Source: Eledone cirrhosa
Lineage: Eukaryota
Direction: 5' to 3'
DNA: 64,000 nucleotides
Assembly (NCBI GenBank): GCA_964016885.1
Contig: OZ024744.1
Coordinates: 90,954,001 to 91,018,000 of the forward strand
This document shows positions 49,101 to 61,100 of the stretch, in pieces (within the stretch, counting starts at the first letter, position 1; the number at the start of each line of letters is the position of its first letter). The translations under genes and the position numbers were made by a program. Under the pieces are notes generated by a model that saw only the letters and a program-made list of their open reading frames with translations, was not told the DNA's origin and ran no database searches.

Positions 49101-52100
49101 TCTTTCTCTATGTTTGTATGTGTATGTGTGTGTGTCTTTCTCTATGTGTGTATGTGTGTGTGTCTTTCTCTATGTGTATATGTGTGTGTCTTTCTCTATG
49201 TGTATGTGTGTGTGTCTTTCTCTATATGTGTATGCGTGTGTGTCTTTCTCTATATGTGTGTGTGTCTTTCTTTATGTTTGTATGTGTGTGTCTTTCTCTG
49301 TGTGTATGTGTGTGTGTCTTTCTCTATGTGTGTATGTGTGTGTGTCTTTCTCTATGTTTGTATGTGTGTGTGTGTTTTTCTCTATATTTGTATGTGTGTG
49401 TGTCTTTCTCTATGTTTGAATGTGTGTGTGTGTCTTTCTCTATGTTTGTATGTGTGTGTGTGTCTTTCTCTATGTTTGTATGTGTGTGTGTGTCTTTATC
49501 TATGTTTGTATGTGTGTGTGTCTTTCTCTATGTTTGTATGTGTGTGTGTCTTTCTCTGTTTGTATGTGTGTGTGTGTCTTTCTCTACGTGTATATGTGTG
49601 TGTCTTTCTCTATGTGTATGTGTGTGTGTGTCTTTCTCTATGTGTGTAAGTGTGTGTGTGTCTTTCTCTATGTTTGTATGTGTGTGTCTTTCTCTATGTA
49701 TGTATGTGTGTGTGTCTTTCTCTATGTGTATGTGTGTGTGTGTCTTTCTCTATGTTTGTATGTGTGTGTGTCTCTATGTTTGTATGTGTGTGTGTGTCTT
49801 TCTCTATGTGTATGTTTGTGTGTATTTCTCTATGTTGGTATGTGTGTGTGTGTCTTTCTCTATGTTTGTATGTGTGTGTGTCTTTCTCTATGTGTACGTG
49901 TGTGTGTCTTTCTCTATGTTTGTATGTGTGCGTGAGTCTTTCTCTATGTTTGTATGTGTGCATGTGTCTTTCTCTGTTTGTATGTTTGTGTCTTTCTCTA
50001 TGTGTATGTGTGTATCTTTCTCTATGTTTGTATGTGTGAGTGCGTCTTTCTCTATGTGTATGTGTGTGTGTCTTTCTCTATGTGTATGTGTGTGTGTCTT
50101 TCTCTATGTTTGTATGTGTGTGTGTGTGTCTTTTTCTATGTGTATGTGTGTGTGTGTGTGTGTGTCTTTCTCTATGTGTATGTGTGTGTGTCTTTCTCTA
50201 TGTGTGTATATGTGTGTGTGTCTTTCTCTATGTGTATGTGTGTATGTGTCTTTCTCTATGTGTGTATGTGTGTGTGTGTGTCTTTCTCTATGTGTGTATG
50301 TGTGTGTGTGTCTTTCTCTATGTGTATGTGTGTGTGTCTTTCTCTATGTCTGTATGTGTGTGTGTATCTTTCTCTATGTGTATGTGTGTGTGTGTGTTTG
50401 TCTTTCTCTATGTGTATGTGTGTGTGTCTTTCTCTATGGGTGTATGTGTGTGTGTGTCTTTCTCTATGTTTGTATGTGTGTGTGTGTCTTTCTCTATTTG
50501 TGTATGTGTGTGTGTCTTTCTCTATGTTTGTATGTGTGTGTGTGTGTCTTTCTCTATGTGTATGTGTGTGTAACTGTCTATGTTTGTATGTGGGTGTGTG
50601 TCTTTCTCTATGTTTGTATGTGTGTGTCTTTCTCTATGTTTGTATGTGTGTGTGTCTTTCTCTATGTGTATGTGTTTGTGTCTTTCTCTATGTGTGTATG
50701 TGTATTTCTCTATGTGTATGTGTGTGTGTCTTTCTCTATGTGTGTATGTGTGTGTGTGTCTTTCTCTATGTGTATGTGTGAGTGTCTTTCTCTATGTGTG
50801 TATGTGTGTGTGTCTTTCTCTATGTGTGTATGTGTGTGTGTCTTTCTCTATGTTTGTATGTGTATGTGTGTCTTTCTATGTTTGTATGTGTGTGTGTGTC
50901 TTTCTCTATGTGTATGTGTGTGTGTCTTTCTCTATGTTTGTATGTGTGTGTGTGTCTTTCTCTATGTGTATGTGTGTGTGTCTTTCTCTATGTTTGTATG
51001 TGTGTGTGTCTTTCTCTATGTGTATGTGTGTGTGTATCTTTATGTTTGTATGTGTGTGTGTGTCTTTCTGTTTGTATGTGTGTGTGTGGCTTTCTGTTTG
51101 TATGTGTGTGTGTGTCTTTCTCTATGTTTCTATGTGTGTGTGTCTTTCTCTATGTTTGTATGTGTGTGTGTCTTTCTCCATGTGTATGTCTGTGTGTCTT
51201 TCTCTATGTTTGTATGTGTGTGTGTCTTTCTCTATGTTTGTATGTGTGTGTGTGTCTTTCTCTATGTTTGTATGTGTGTGTGTGTCTTTCTCTATGTTTG
51301 TATGTGTGTGTGTCTTTCTCTATGTTTGTATGTGTGTGTGTGTCTTTCTCTATGTTTGTATGTGTGTGTGTCTTTCTCTATGTTTGTATGTGTGTGTGTC
51401 TTTCTCTATATGTATGTGTGTGTGTCTTTCTCTATATGTGTATGCGTGTGTGTCTTTCTCTATATGTGTGTGTGTGTGTCTTTCTCTATGTGTATGTGTG
51501 TGCGTCTTTCTCTATGTTTCTATGTGTGTGTGTCTTTCTCTATGTGTATGTGTGTGTCTTTCTCTATGTTTGTATGTGTGTGTGTCTTTCTCTATGTGTA
51601 TGTGTGTGGGTCTTTCTCTATGTATGTGTGTGTGTGTCTTTCTCTATGTGTGTATGGGTGTGTGTCTTTCTCTATGTTTGTATGTGTGTGTGTCTTTCTC
51701 TATGTTTGTATGCGTGTGTGTGTCATTCTCTATGTGTGTATGTGTGTGTGTATTTCTATGTTTGTATGTGTGTGTGTCTTTCTCTATGTTTGTATGTGTG
51801 TGTGTGTCTTTATGTTTGTATGTGTGTGTGTGTCTTTATGTTTGTATGTGTATGTGTGTCTTTCTCTGTTTGTATGTGTGTGTCTTTCTCTATGTTTGTA
51901 TGTGTGTGTATCTTTCTCTATGTGTATATCTTTCTCTATGTTTGTATGTGTTTGTGTGTCTTTCTCTCTGTGTATGTGTGTGTGTCTTTATCTATGTTTG
52001 TATGTGTGTCTGTGTCTTTCTCTATGTGTATATATGTGTGTGTCTTTCGCTAGGTTTGTATGTGTGTGTGTCTTTCTCTATGTTTGTATGTGTGTGTGTG

Positions 52101-55100
52101 TCTTTCTCTATGTTTGTATGTGTGTGTGTGTGTCTTTCTCTATGTGTATGTGTGTGTGTCTTTCTCTATGTTTGTATGCGTGAGTGTCTTTCTCTATATG
52201 TGTATGTGTGTGTGTGTCTTTCTCTATGTGTGTGTGTGTGTCTTTCTCTATGTTTGTATGTGTGTGTGTGTCTTTCTCTATGTGTATGTGTGTGTGTGTC
52301 TTTCTCTATGTTTTTATGTGTGTGTGTGTCTTTCTCTATGTGTATGTGTGTGTGTCTTTCTCTATGTTTGTATGCGTGAGTGTCTTTCTCTATATGTGTA
52401 TGTGTGTGTGTGTCTTTCTCTATGTGTGTGTGTGTGTCTTTCTCTATGTTTGTATGTGTGTGTGTGTCTTTCTCTATGTGTATGTGTGTGTGTGTCTTTC
52501 TCTATGTTTGTATGTGTGTGTGTCTTTATGTGTATGTGTGTGGGTCTTTCTCTATGTATATGTGTGTATGTCTTTCTCTATGTTTGTATGTGTGTGTCTT
52601 TCTCTATGTGTATGTGTGTGTGTGTCTTTCTCTATATATGTATGCGTGTGTGTCTTTCTCTATATGTGTGTGTGTCTTTCTTTATGTTTGTATGTGTGTG
52701 TCTTTCTCTATGTGTGTATGGGTGTGTGTCTTTCTCTATGTTTGTATGTGTGTGTGTCTTTCTCTATGTTTGTATGTGTGTGTGTGTCTTTCTCTATGTT
52801 TGTATGTGTGTGTGTGTGTCTTTCTCTATGTGTATTTGTGTGTGTCTTTCTCTATGTTTGTATGCGTGAGTGTCTTTCTCTATATGTGTATGTGTGTGTG
52901 TGTCTTTCTCTATGTGTGTGTGTGTGTCTTTCTCTATGTTTGTATGTGTGTGTGTGTCTTTCTCTATGGGTATGTGTGTGTGTGTCTTTCTCTATGTTTG
53001 TATGTGTGTGTGTCTTTATGTGTATGTGTGTGGGTCTTTCTCTATGTATATGTGTGTATGTCTTTCTCTATGTTTGTATGTGTGTGTCTTTCTCTATGTG
53101 TATGTGTGTGTGTGTCTTTCTCTATGTGTGTATGGGTGTGTGTCTTTCTCTATGTTTGTACGTGTGTGTGTCTTTCTCTATGTTTGTATGCGTGTGAGTG
53201 TCTTTCTCTATGTTTGTATGTGTATGTGTGTGTGTCTTTCTCTATGTGTGTATGTGTGGGTGTCTTTCTCTATGTGTATATGTGTGTGTCTTTCTCTATG
53301 TGTATGTGTGTGTGTCTTTCTCTATATGTGTATGCGTGTGTCTTTCTCTATATGTGTGTGTGTCTTTCTTTATGTTTGTATGTGTGTGTCATTCTCTGTG
53401 TGTATGTGTGTGTGTCTTTCTCTATGTGTGTATGTGTGTGTGTCTTTCTCTATGTTTGTATGTGTGTGTGTGTTTTTCTCTATATTTGTATGTGTGTGTG
53501 TCTTTCTCTATGTTTGAATGTGTGTGTGTGTCTTTCTCTATGTTTGTATGTGTGTGTGTGTCTTTCTCTATGTTTGTATGTGTGTGTGTGTCTTTATCTA
53601 TGTTTGTATGTGTGTGTGTCTTTCTCTATGTTTGTATGTGTGTGTGTCTTTCTCTGTTTGTATGTGTGTGTGTGTCTTTCTCTACGTGTATATGTGTGTG
53701 TCTTTCTCTATGTTTGTATGTGTGTGTCTTTCTCTATGTATGTATGTGTGTGTGTCTTTCTCTATGTGTATGTGTGTGTGTGTCTTTCTCTATGTTTGTA
53801 TGTGTGTGTGTCTCTATGTTTGTATGTGTGTGTGTGTCTTTCTCTATGTGTATGTTTGTGTGTATTTCTCTATGTTGGTATGTGTGTGTGTGTCTTTCTC
53901 TATGTTGGTATGTGTGTGTGTGTCTTTCTCTATGTGTACGTGTGTGTGTCTTTCTCTATGTTTGTATGTGTGCGTGAGTCTTTCTCTATGTTTGTATGTG
54001 TGCATGTGTCTTTCTCTGTTTGTATGTTTGTGTCTTTCTCTATGTGTATGTGTGTGTGTGTCTTTCTCTATGTTTGTATGTGTGAGTGCGTCTTTCTCTA
54101 TGTGTATGTGTGTGTGTCTTTCTCTATGTTTGTATGTGTGTGTGTGTGTCTTTCTCTATGTGTATGTGTGTGTGTGTGTGTGTGTCTTTCTCTATGTGTA
54201 TGTGTCTTTCTCTATGTGTGTATATGTGTGTGTGTCTTTCTCTATGTGTATGTGTGTATGTGTCTTTCTCTATGTGTGTGTGTGTGTGTCTTTCTCGATG
54301 TGTATGTGTGTGTGTCTTTCTCTATGTCTGTATGTGTGTGTGTATCTTTCTCTATGTGTATGTGTGTGTGTGTGTTTGTCTTTCTCTATGTGTACGTGTG
54401 TGTGTCTTTCTCTATGGGTGTATGTGTGTGTGTGTCTTTCTCTATGTTTGTATGTGTGTGTGTGTCTTTCTCTATTTGTGTATGTGTGTGTGTCTTTCTC
54501 TATGTTTGTATGTGTGTGTGTGTGTCTTTCTCTATGTGTATGTGTGTGTAACTGTCTATGTTTGTATGTGTGTGTGTGTCTTTCTCTATGTTTGTATGTG
54601 TGTGTCTTTCTCTATGTTTGTATGTGTGTGTGTCTTTCTCTATGTGTATGTGTTTGTGTCTTTCTCTATGTGTGTATGTGTATTTCTCTATGTGTATGTG
54701 TGTGTGTCTTTCTCTATGTGTGTATGTGTGTGTGTGTCTTTCTCTATGTGTATGTGTGAGTGTCTTTCTCTATGTGTGTATGTGTGTGTGTCTTTCTCTA
54801 TGTGTGTATGTGTGTGTGTCTTTATGTTTGTATGTGTATGTGTGTCTTTCTATGTTTGTATGTGTGTCTTTCTCTATGTGTATGTGTGTGTGTCTTTCTC
54901 TATGTTTGTATGTGTGTGTGTCTTTCTCTATGTGTATGTGTGTGTGTGTCTTTATGTTTGTATGTGTGTGTGTGTCTTTCTGTTTGTATGTGTGTGTGTG
55001 GCTTTCTGTTTGTATGTGTGTGTGTGTCTTTCTCTATGTTTCTATGTGTGTGTGTCTTTCTCTATGTTTGTATGTGTGTGTGTCTTTCTCCATGTGTATG

Positions 55101-58100
55101 TCTGTGTGTCTTTCTCTATGTGTATGTGTGTGTGTCTTTCTCTATGTTTGTATGTGTGTGTGTGTCTTTCTCTATGTTTGTATGTGTGTGTGTGTCTTTC
55201 TCTGTTTGTATGTGTGTGTGTCTTTCTCTATGTTTGTATGTGTGTGTGTGTCTTTCTCTATGTTTGTATGTGTGTGTGTCTTTCTCTATGTGTACGTGTG
55301 TGTGTCTTTCTCTATGTGTGTATGTGTGTGTGTGTCTTTCTCTATGTTTGTATGTGTGCGTATCTTTCTCTATGTTTGTATGTGTGTGTGTCTTTCTCTA
55401 TGTTTATATGTGTGTGTGTCTTTATGTTTGTATGTGTGTCTGTGTCTTTCTCTATGTGTATGTGTGTGTGTGTCTTTCTTTATGTTTGTATGTGTGTGTG
55501 TGTCTTTCTCTATGTTTGTATGTGTGCGTGTCTTTCTCTATGTTTGTATGTGTGTGTGTCTTTCTCTATGTTTATATGTGTGTGTGTCTTTATGTTTGTA
55601 TGTGTGTCTGTGTCTTTCTCTATGTGTATGTGTGTGTGTGTCTTTCTTTATGTTTGTATGTGTGTGTGTGTCTTTCTCTATGTTTGTATGTGTGCGTGTC
55701 TTTCTCTATGTTTGTATGTGTGTGTGTCTTTCTCTATGTGTGTATGTGTGTGTGTCTTTATGTTTGTATGTGTGTGTGTGTCTTTCTCTGTTTGTCTGTG
55801 TGTGTGTCTTTATGTTTGTATGTGCGTGTGTGTCTTTCTCTATGTTTGTATGTGTGTGTCTTTCTCTATGTTTGTATGTGTGTGTGTCTTTATGTTTGTA
55901 TGTGTGTGTGTCTTTATGTTTGTATGTGTGTGTGTCTTTCTCTGTTTGTATGTGTGTGTGTCTTTCTTTATGTGTGTATGTGTGTGTGTCTGTGTGTGTC
56001 TTTCTCTATGTGTATGTGTGTGTGTCTTTCTCTATGTTTGTATGTGTGTGTGTGTCTTTCTCCATGTTTGTATGTGTGTGTGTGTCTTTCTCTATTTTTG
56101 TATGTGTGTGTGTGTCTTTATCTATATTTGTATGTGTGTGTGTCTTTCTCTATGTTTGTATGTGTCTGTGCGTCTTTCTCTATGTGGATGTGTGTCTTTC
56201 TCTATGTTTGTATGTGTGTGTGTCTTTCTCTATGTTTGTATGTGTGTGTGTGTCTTTCTCTATGTTTGTATGTGTGTGTGTGTCTTTCTCTATGTTTGTA
56301 TGTGTGTGTGTGTCTTTCTCTATGTTTGTATGTGCGTGTGTCTTTCTCTATGTGTGTATGTGTGTGTGTGTCTTTATCTCTGTATGTGTGTGTGTCTTTC
56401 TCTATGTTTGTATGTGTGTGTGTCTTTCTCTACGTGTATGTGTGTGTGTCTTTCTCTATGTATATGTGTGTGTGTGTCTTTCTTTATGTGTATAAGTGTG
56501 TGTGTGTCTTTCTCTATGTGTGTATGTGTGTGTGTGTGTCTTTATGTTTGTATGTGTGCGTGTCTATCTCTATGTGTATGTGTGTGTGTCTTTCTCTATG
56601 TCTATGTGTGCGTGTCTTTCTCTATGTTTGTATGTGTGTGTGTCTCTATGTTTGTATGTGTCTTTCTCTATGTGTATGTGTGTGTGTATTTCTCTATGTT
56701 TGTATGTGTGTGTATTTCTCGATGTTTTTATGTGTGTGTCTTTCTCTATGTGTACGTGTGTGTGTGTTTCTCTATGTGTATGTGTGTGTGTCTTTCTCTA
56801 TATGTGTATGTGTGTGTGTCTTTCTCTATATGTGTATGTGTGTGTGTCTTTCTCTATGTGTATATGTGTGTGTCTTTCTCTATCTGTATGTGTGTGTGTG
56901 TCTTTCTCTATGTGTGTATGTGTGTGTGTCTTTCTCTATGTTTGTATGTGTGTGTGTCTTTCTCTATGTTTGTATGTGTGTGTGTGTCTTTCTCTATGTT
57001 TGTATGTGTGTGTGTCTTTCTCTATGTGTGTATGTGTGTGTGTCTTTATCTATGTTTGTATGTGTGTGTGTCTTTCTCTATGTTTGTATGTGTGTGTTTC
57101 TTTATCTATGTGTATGTGTGTGTGTCTTTCTCTATGTGTATGTGTGTCTTTCTTTATGTGTATAAGTATGTGTGTGTCTTTCTCTATGTGTGTATGTGTG
57201 CGTGTCTATCTCTATGTGTATCTGTGTGTGTCTTTCTCTATGTCTATGTGTGTGTGTCTTTCTCTATGTTTGTATGTGTGTGTGTCTCTATGTTTGTATG
57301 TGTGTGTGTATCTTTCTCTATGTGTATGTGTGTGTGTATTTCTCTATGTTTGTATGTGTGTGTGTGTATTTCTCTATGTTTGTATGTGTGTGTCTTTCTC
57401 TGTGTTTGTATGTGTGTGTGTCTTTCTCTATGTGTGTATGTGTGTGTGTCTTTCTCTGTTTATAATGTGTGTGTGTCTTTCTCTATGTGTATGTGTGTGT
57501 GTGTCTTTCTCTATGTGTGTATGTGTGTGTCTTTCTCTATGTTTGTATGTGTGTGTGTGTCTTTCTCTATGTGTGCATGTGTGTGTGTGTCTTTCTCTAT
57601 GTGTATGTGTGTGTGTCTTTCTCTATGTTTGTATGTGTGTGTCTTTCTCTATGTTTGTATGTGTGTGTGTCTTTCTCTATGTGTATGTGTGTGTGTCTTT
57701 CTCTATGTTTGTATGTGTGTGTGTCTTTCTCTATGTGTATGTGTGTGTGTCTTTCTCTATGTGTGTATGTGTGTGTGTGTCTTTCTCTATGTGTGTATGT
57801 GTGTGTGTGTCTTTCTCTGTTTGTATGTGTGTGTGTCTTTCTCTATGTGTATGTGTGTGTGTCTTTCTCTATATGTGTATGCGTGTGTGTCTTTCTCTAT
57901 ATGTGTGTGTGTCTTTCTTTATGTTTGTATGTGTGTGTCTTTCTCTATGTGTATATGTGTGTGTCTTTCTCTATGTGTATGTGTGTGTGTCTTTCTCTAT
58001 GTTTGTATGTGTGTGTCTTTCTCTATGTTTGTATGTGTGTGTGTGTCTTTCTCTGTTTGTATGTGTGTGTGTCTTTCTCTATGTGTATGTGTGTGTGTCT

Positions 58101-61100
58101 TTCTCTATATGTGTATGCGTGTGTGTCTTTCTCTATATGTGTGTGTGTCTTTCTTTATGTTTGTATGTGTGTGTCTTTCTCTATGTGTATATGTGTGTGT
58201 CTTTCTCTATGTGTATGTGTGTGTGTCTTTCTCTATGTTTGTATGTGTGTGTGTCTTTCTCTATGTTTGTATGTGTGTGTGTCTTTCTCTATGTGTATGT
58301 GTGTGTGTCTTTCTCTATATGTGTATGTGTGTGTGTCTTTCTCTATATGTGTATGTGTGTGTGTCTTTCTTTATGTTTGTATGTGTGTGTGTCTTTCTCT
58401 ATGTGTATATGTGTGTGTCTTTCTCTATGTGTATGCGTGTGTGTCTTTCTCTATGTGTGTATGTGTGTGTGTCTTTCTCTATGTTTGTATGTGTGTGTGT
58501 GTCTTTCTCTATGTTTGTATGTGTGTGTGTGTCTTTCTCTATGTTTGTATGTGTGTGTGTCTTTCTCTATGTGTGTATGTGTCTTTATCTCTGTTTGTAT
58601 GTGTGTGTGTCTTTCTCTATGTTTGTATGTGTGTGTGTCTTTCTCTATGTGTATGTGTGTGTGTGGCTTTCTTTATGTGTATAGGTGTGTGTGTGTCTTT
58701 CTCTATGTGTGTATGTGTGTGTGTGTCTTTATGTTTGTATGTGTGCGTGTCTATCTCTATGTGTATGTGTGTGTGTCTTTCTCTATGTCTATGTGTGTGT
58801 GTCTTTCTCTATGTTTGTATGTGTGTGTGTCTCTATGTTTGTATGTGTGTTTATGTGTCTTTCTCTATGTGTATGTGTGTGTGTATTTCTCTATGTTTGT
58901 ATGTGTGTGTATTTCTCGATGTTTTTATGTGTGTGTGTCTTACTCTATGTGTACGTGTGTGTGTGTTTCTCTGTGTATGTGTGTGTGTCTTTCTCTATAT
59001 ATGTATGTGTGTGTGTCTTTCTCTATATGTGTATTTGTGTGTGTCTTTCTCTATGTGTATATGTGTGTGTCTTTCTCTATTTGTATGTGTGTGTCTTTCT
59101 CTATGTGTGTATGTGTGTGTGTCTTTCTCTATGTTTGTATGTGTGTGTGCGTCTTTCTCTATGTTTGTATGTGTGTGTATGTCTTTCTCTATGTTTGTAT
59201 GTGTGTGTGTGTCTTTCTCTATGTTTGTATGTGTGTGTGTCTTTCTCTATGTGTGTATGTGTGTGTGTCTTTATCTATGTTTGTATGTGTGTGTGTCTTT
59301 CTCTATGTTTGTATGTGTGTGTTTCTTTCTCTATGTGTATGTGTGTGTGTCTTTCTCTATGTGTATGTGTGTCTTTCTTTATGTGTATAAGTGTGTGTGT
59401 GTCTTTCTCTATGTGTGTATCTGTGTGTGTGTCTTTATGTTTGTATGTGTGCGTGTCTATCTCTATGTGTATGTGTGTGTGTCTTTCTCTATGTCTATGT
59501 GTGTGTGTCTTTCTCTATGTCTATGTGTGTGTGTCTTTCTCTATGTGTATGTGTGTGTGTCTCTATGTTTGTATGTGTGTGTGTCTTTCTCTATGTGTGT
59601 GTGTGTGTCTTTCTCTATGTGTATGTGTGTGTGTCTTTCTCTATGTGTATGTGTGTGTCTCTTTCTCTATGTGTGTGTGTGTCTTTCTCTATGTGTATGT
59701 GTGTGTGTGTCTTTCTCTATGTGTGTATGTGTGTGTGTCTTTCTCTATGTGTATGTGTCTTTCTCTATGTTTGTATGTGTGTGTCTTTCTCTGTGTTTGT
59801 ATGTGTGTGTGTCTTTCTCTATGTGTGTATGTGTGTGTGTCTTTCTCTGTTTATATGTGTGTGCGTCTTTCTCTATGTGTATGTGTGTGTGTGTCTTTCT
59901 CTATGTGTGTATGTGTATGTGTGTCTTTCTCTATGTTTGTATGTGTGTGTGTGTCTTTCTCTATGTGTGCATGTGTGTGTGTCTTTCTCTATGTTTGTAT
60001 GTGTGTGTCTTTCTCTATGTTTGTATGTGTGTGTGTCTTTCTCTATGTGTATGTGTGTGTGTCTTTCTCTATGTTTGTATGTGTGTGTGTGTCTTTCTCT
60101 ATGTGTATGTGTGTGTGTGTCTTTCTCTATGTTTGTATGTGTGTGTGTCTTTATGTGTATGTGTGTGGGTCTTTCTCTATGTATATGTGTGTATGTCTTT
60201 CTCTATGTTTGTATGTGTGTGTCTTTCTCTATGTGTATGTGTGTGTGTGTCTTTCTCTATGTGTGTATGGGTGTGTGTCTTTCTGTTTGTACGTGTGTGT
60301 GTCTTTCTCTATGTTTGTATGCGTGTGAGTGTCTTTCTCTATGTTTGTATGTGTATGTGTGTGTGTCTTTCTCTATGTGTGTATGTGTGTGTGTCTTTCT
60401 CTATGTGTATATGTGTGTGTCTTTCTCTATGTGTATGTGTGTGTGTCTTTCTCTATATGTGTATGCGTGTGTGTCTTTCTCTATATGTGTGTGTGTCTTT
60501 CTTTATGTTTGTATGTGTGTGTCTTTCTCTGTGTGTATGTGTGTGTGTCTTTCTCTATGTGTGTATGTGTGTGTGTCTTTCTCTATGTTTGTATGTGTGT
60601 GTGTGTTTTTCTCTATATTTGTATGTGTGTGTGTCTTTCTCTATGTTTGAATGTGTGTGTGTGTCTTTCTCTATGTTTGTATGTGTGTGTGTGTCTTTCT
60701 CTATGTTTGTATGTGTGTGTGTGTCTTTATCTATGTTTGTATGTGTGTGTGTCTTTCTCTATGTTTGTATGTGTGTGTGTCTTTCTTTGTTTGTATGTGT
60801 GTGTGTGTCTTTCTCTACGTGTATATGTGTGTGTCTTTCTCTATGTGTATGTGTGTGTGTGTCTTTCTCTATGTGTGTAAGTGTGTGTGTGTATTTCTCT
60901 ATGTTTGTATGTGTGTGTCTTTCTCTATGTATGTATGTGTGTGTGTCTTTCTCTATGTGTATGTGTGTGTGTGTCTTTCTCTATGTTTGTATGTGTGTGT
61001 GTCTCTATGTTTGTATGTGTGTGTGTGTCTTTCTCTATGTGTATGTTTGTGTGTATTTCTCTATGTTGGTATGTGTGTGTGTGTCTTTCTCTATGTTTGT

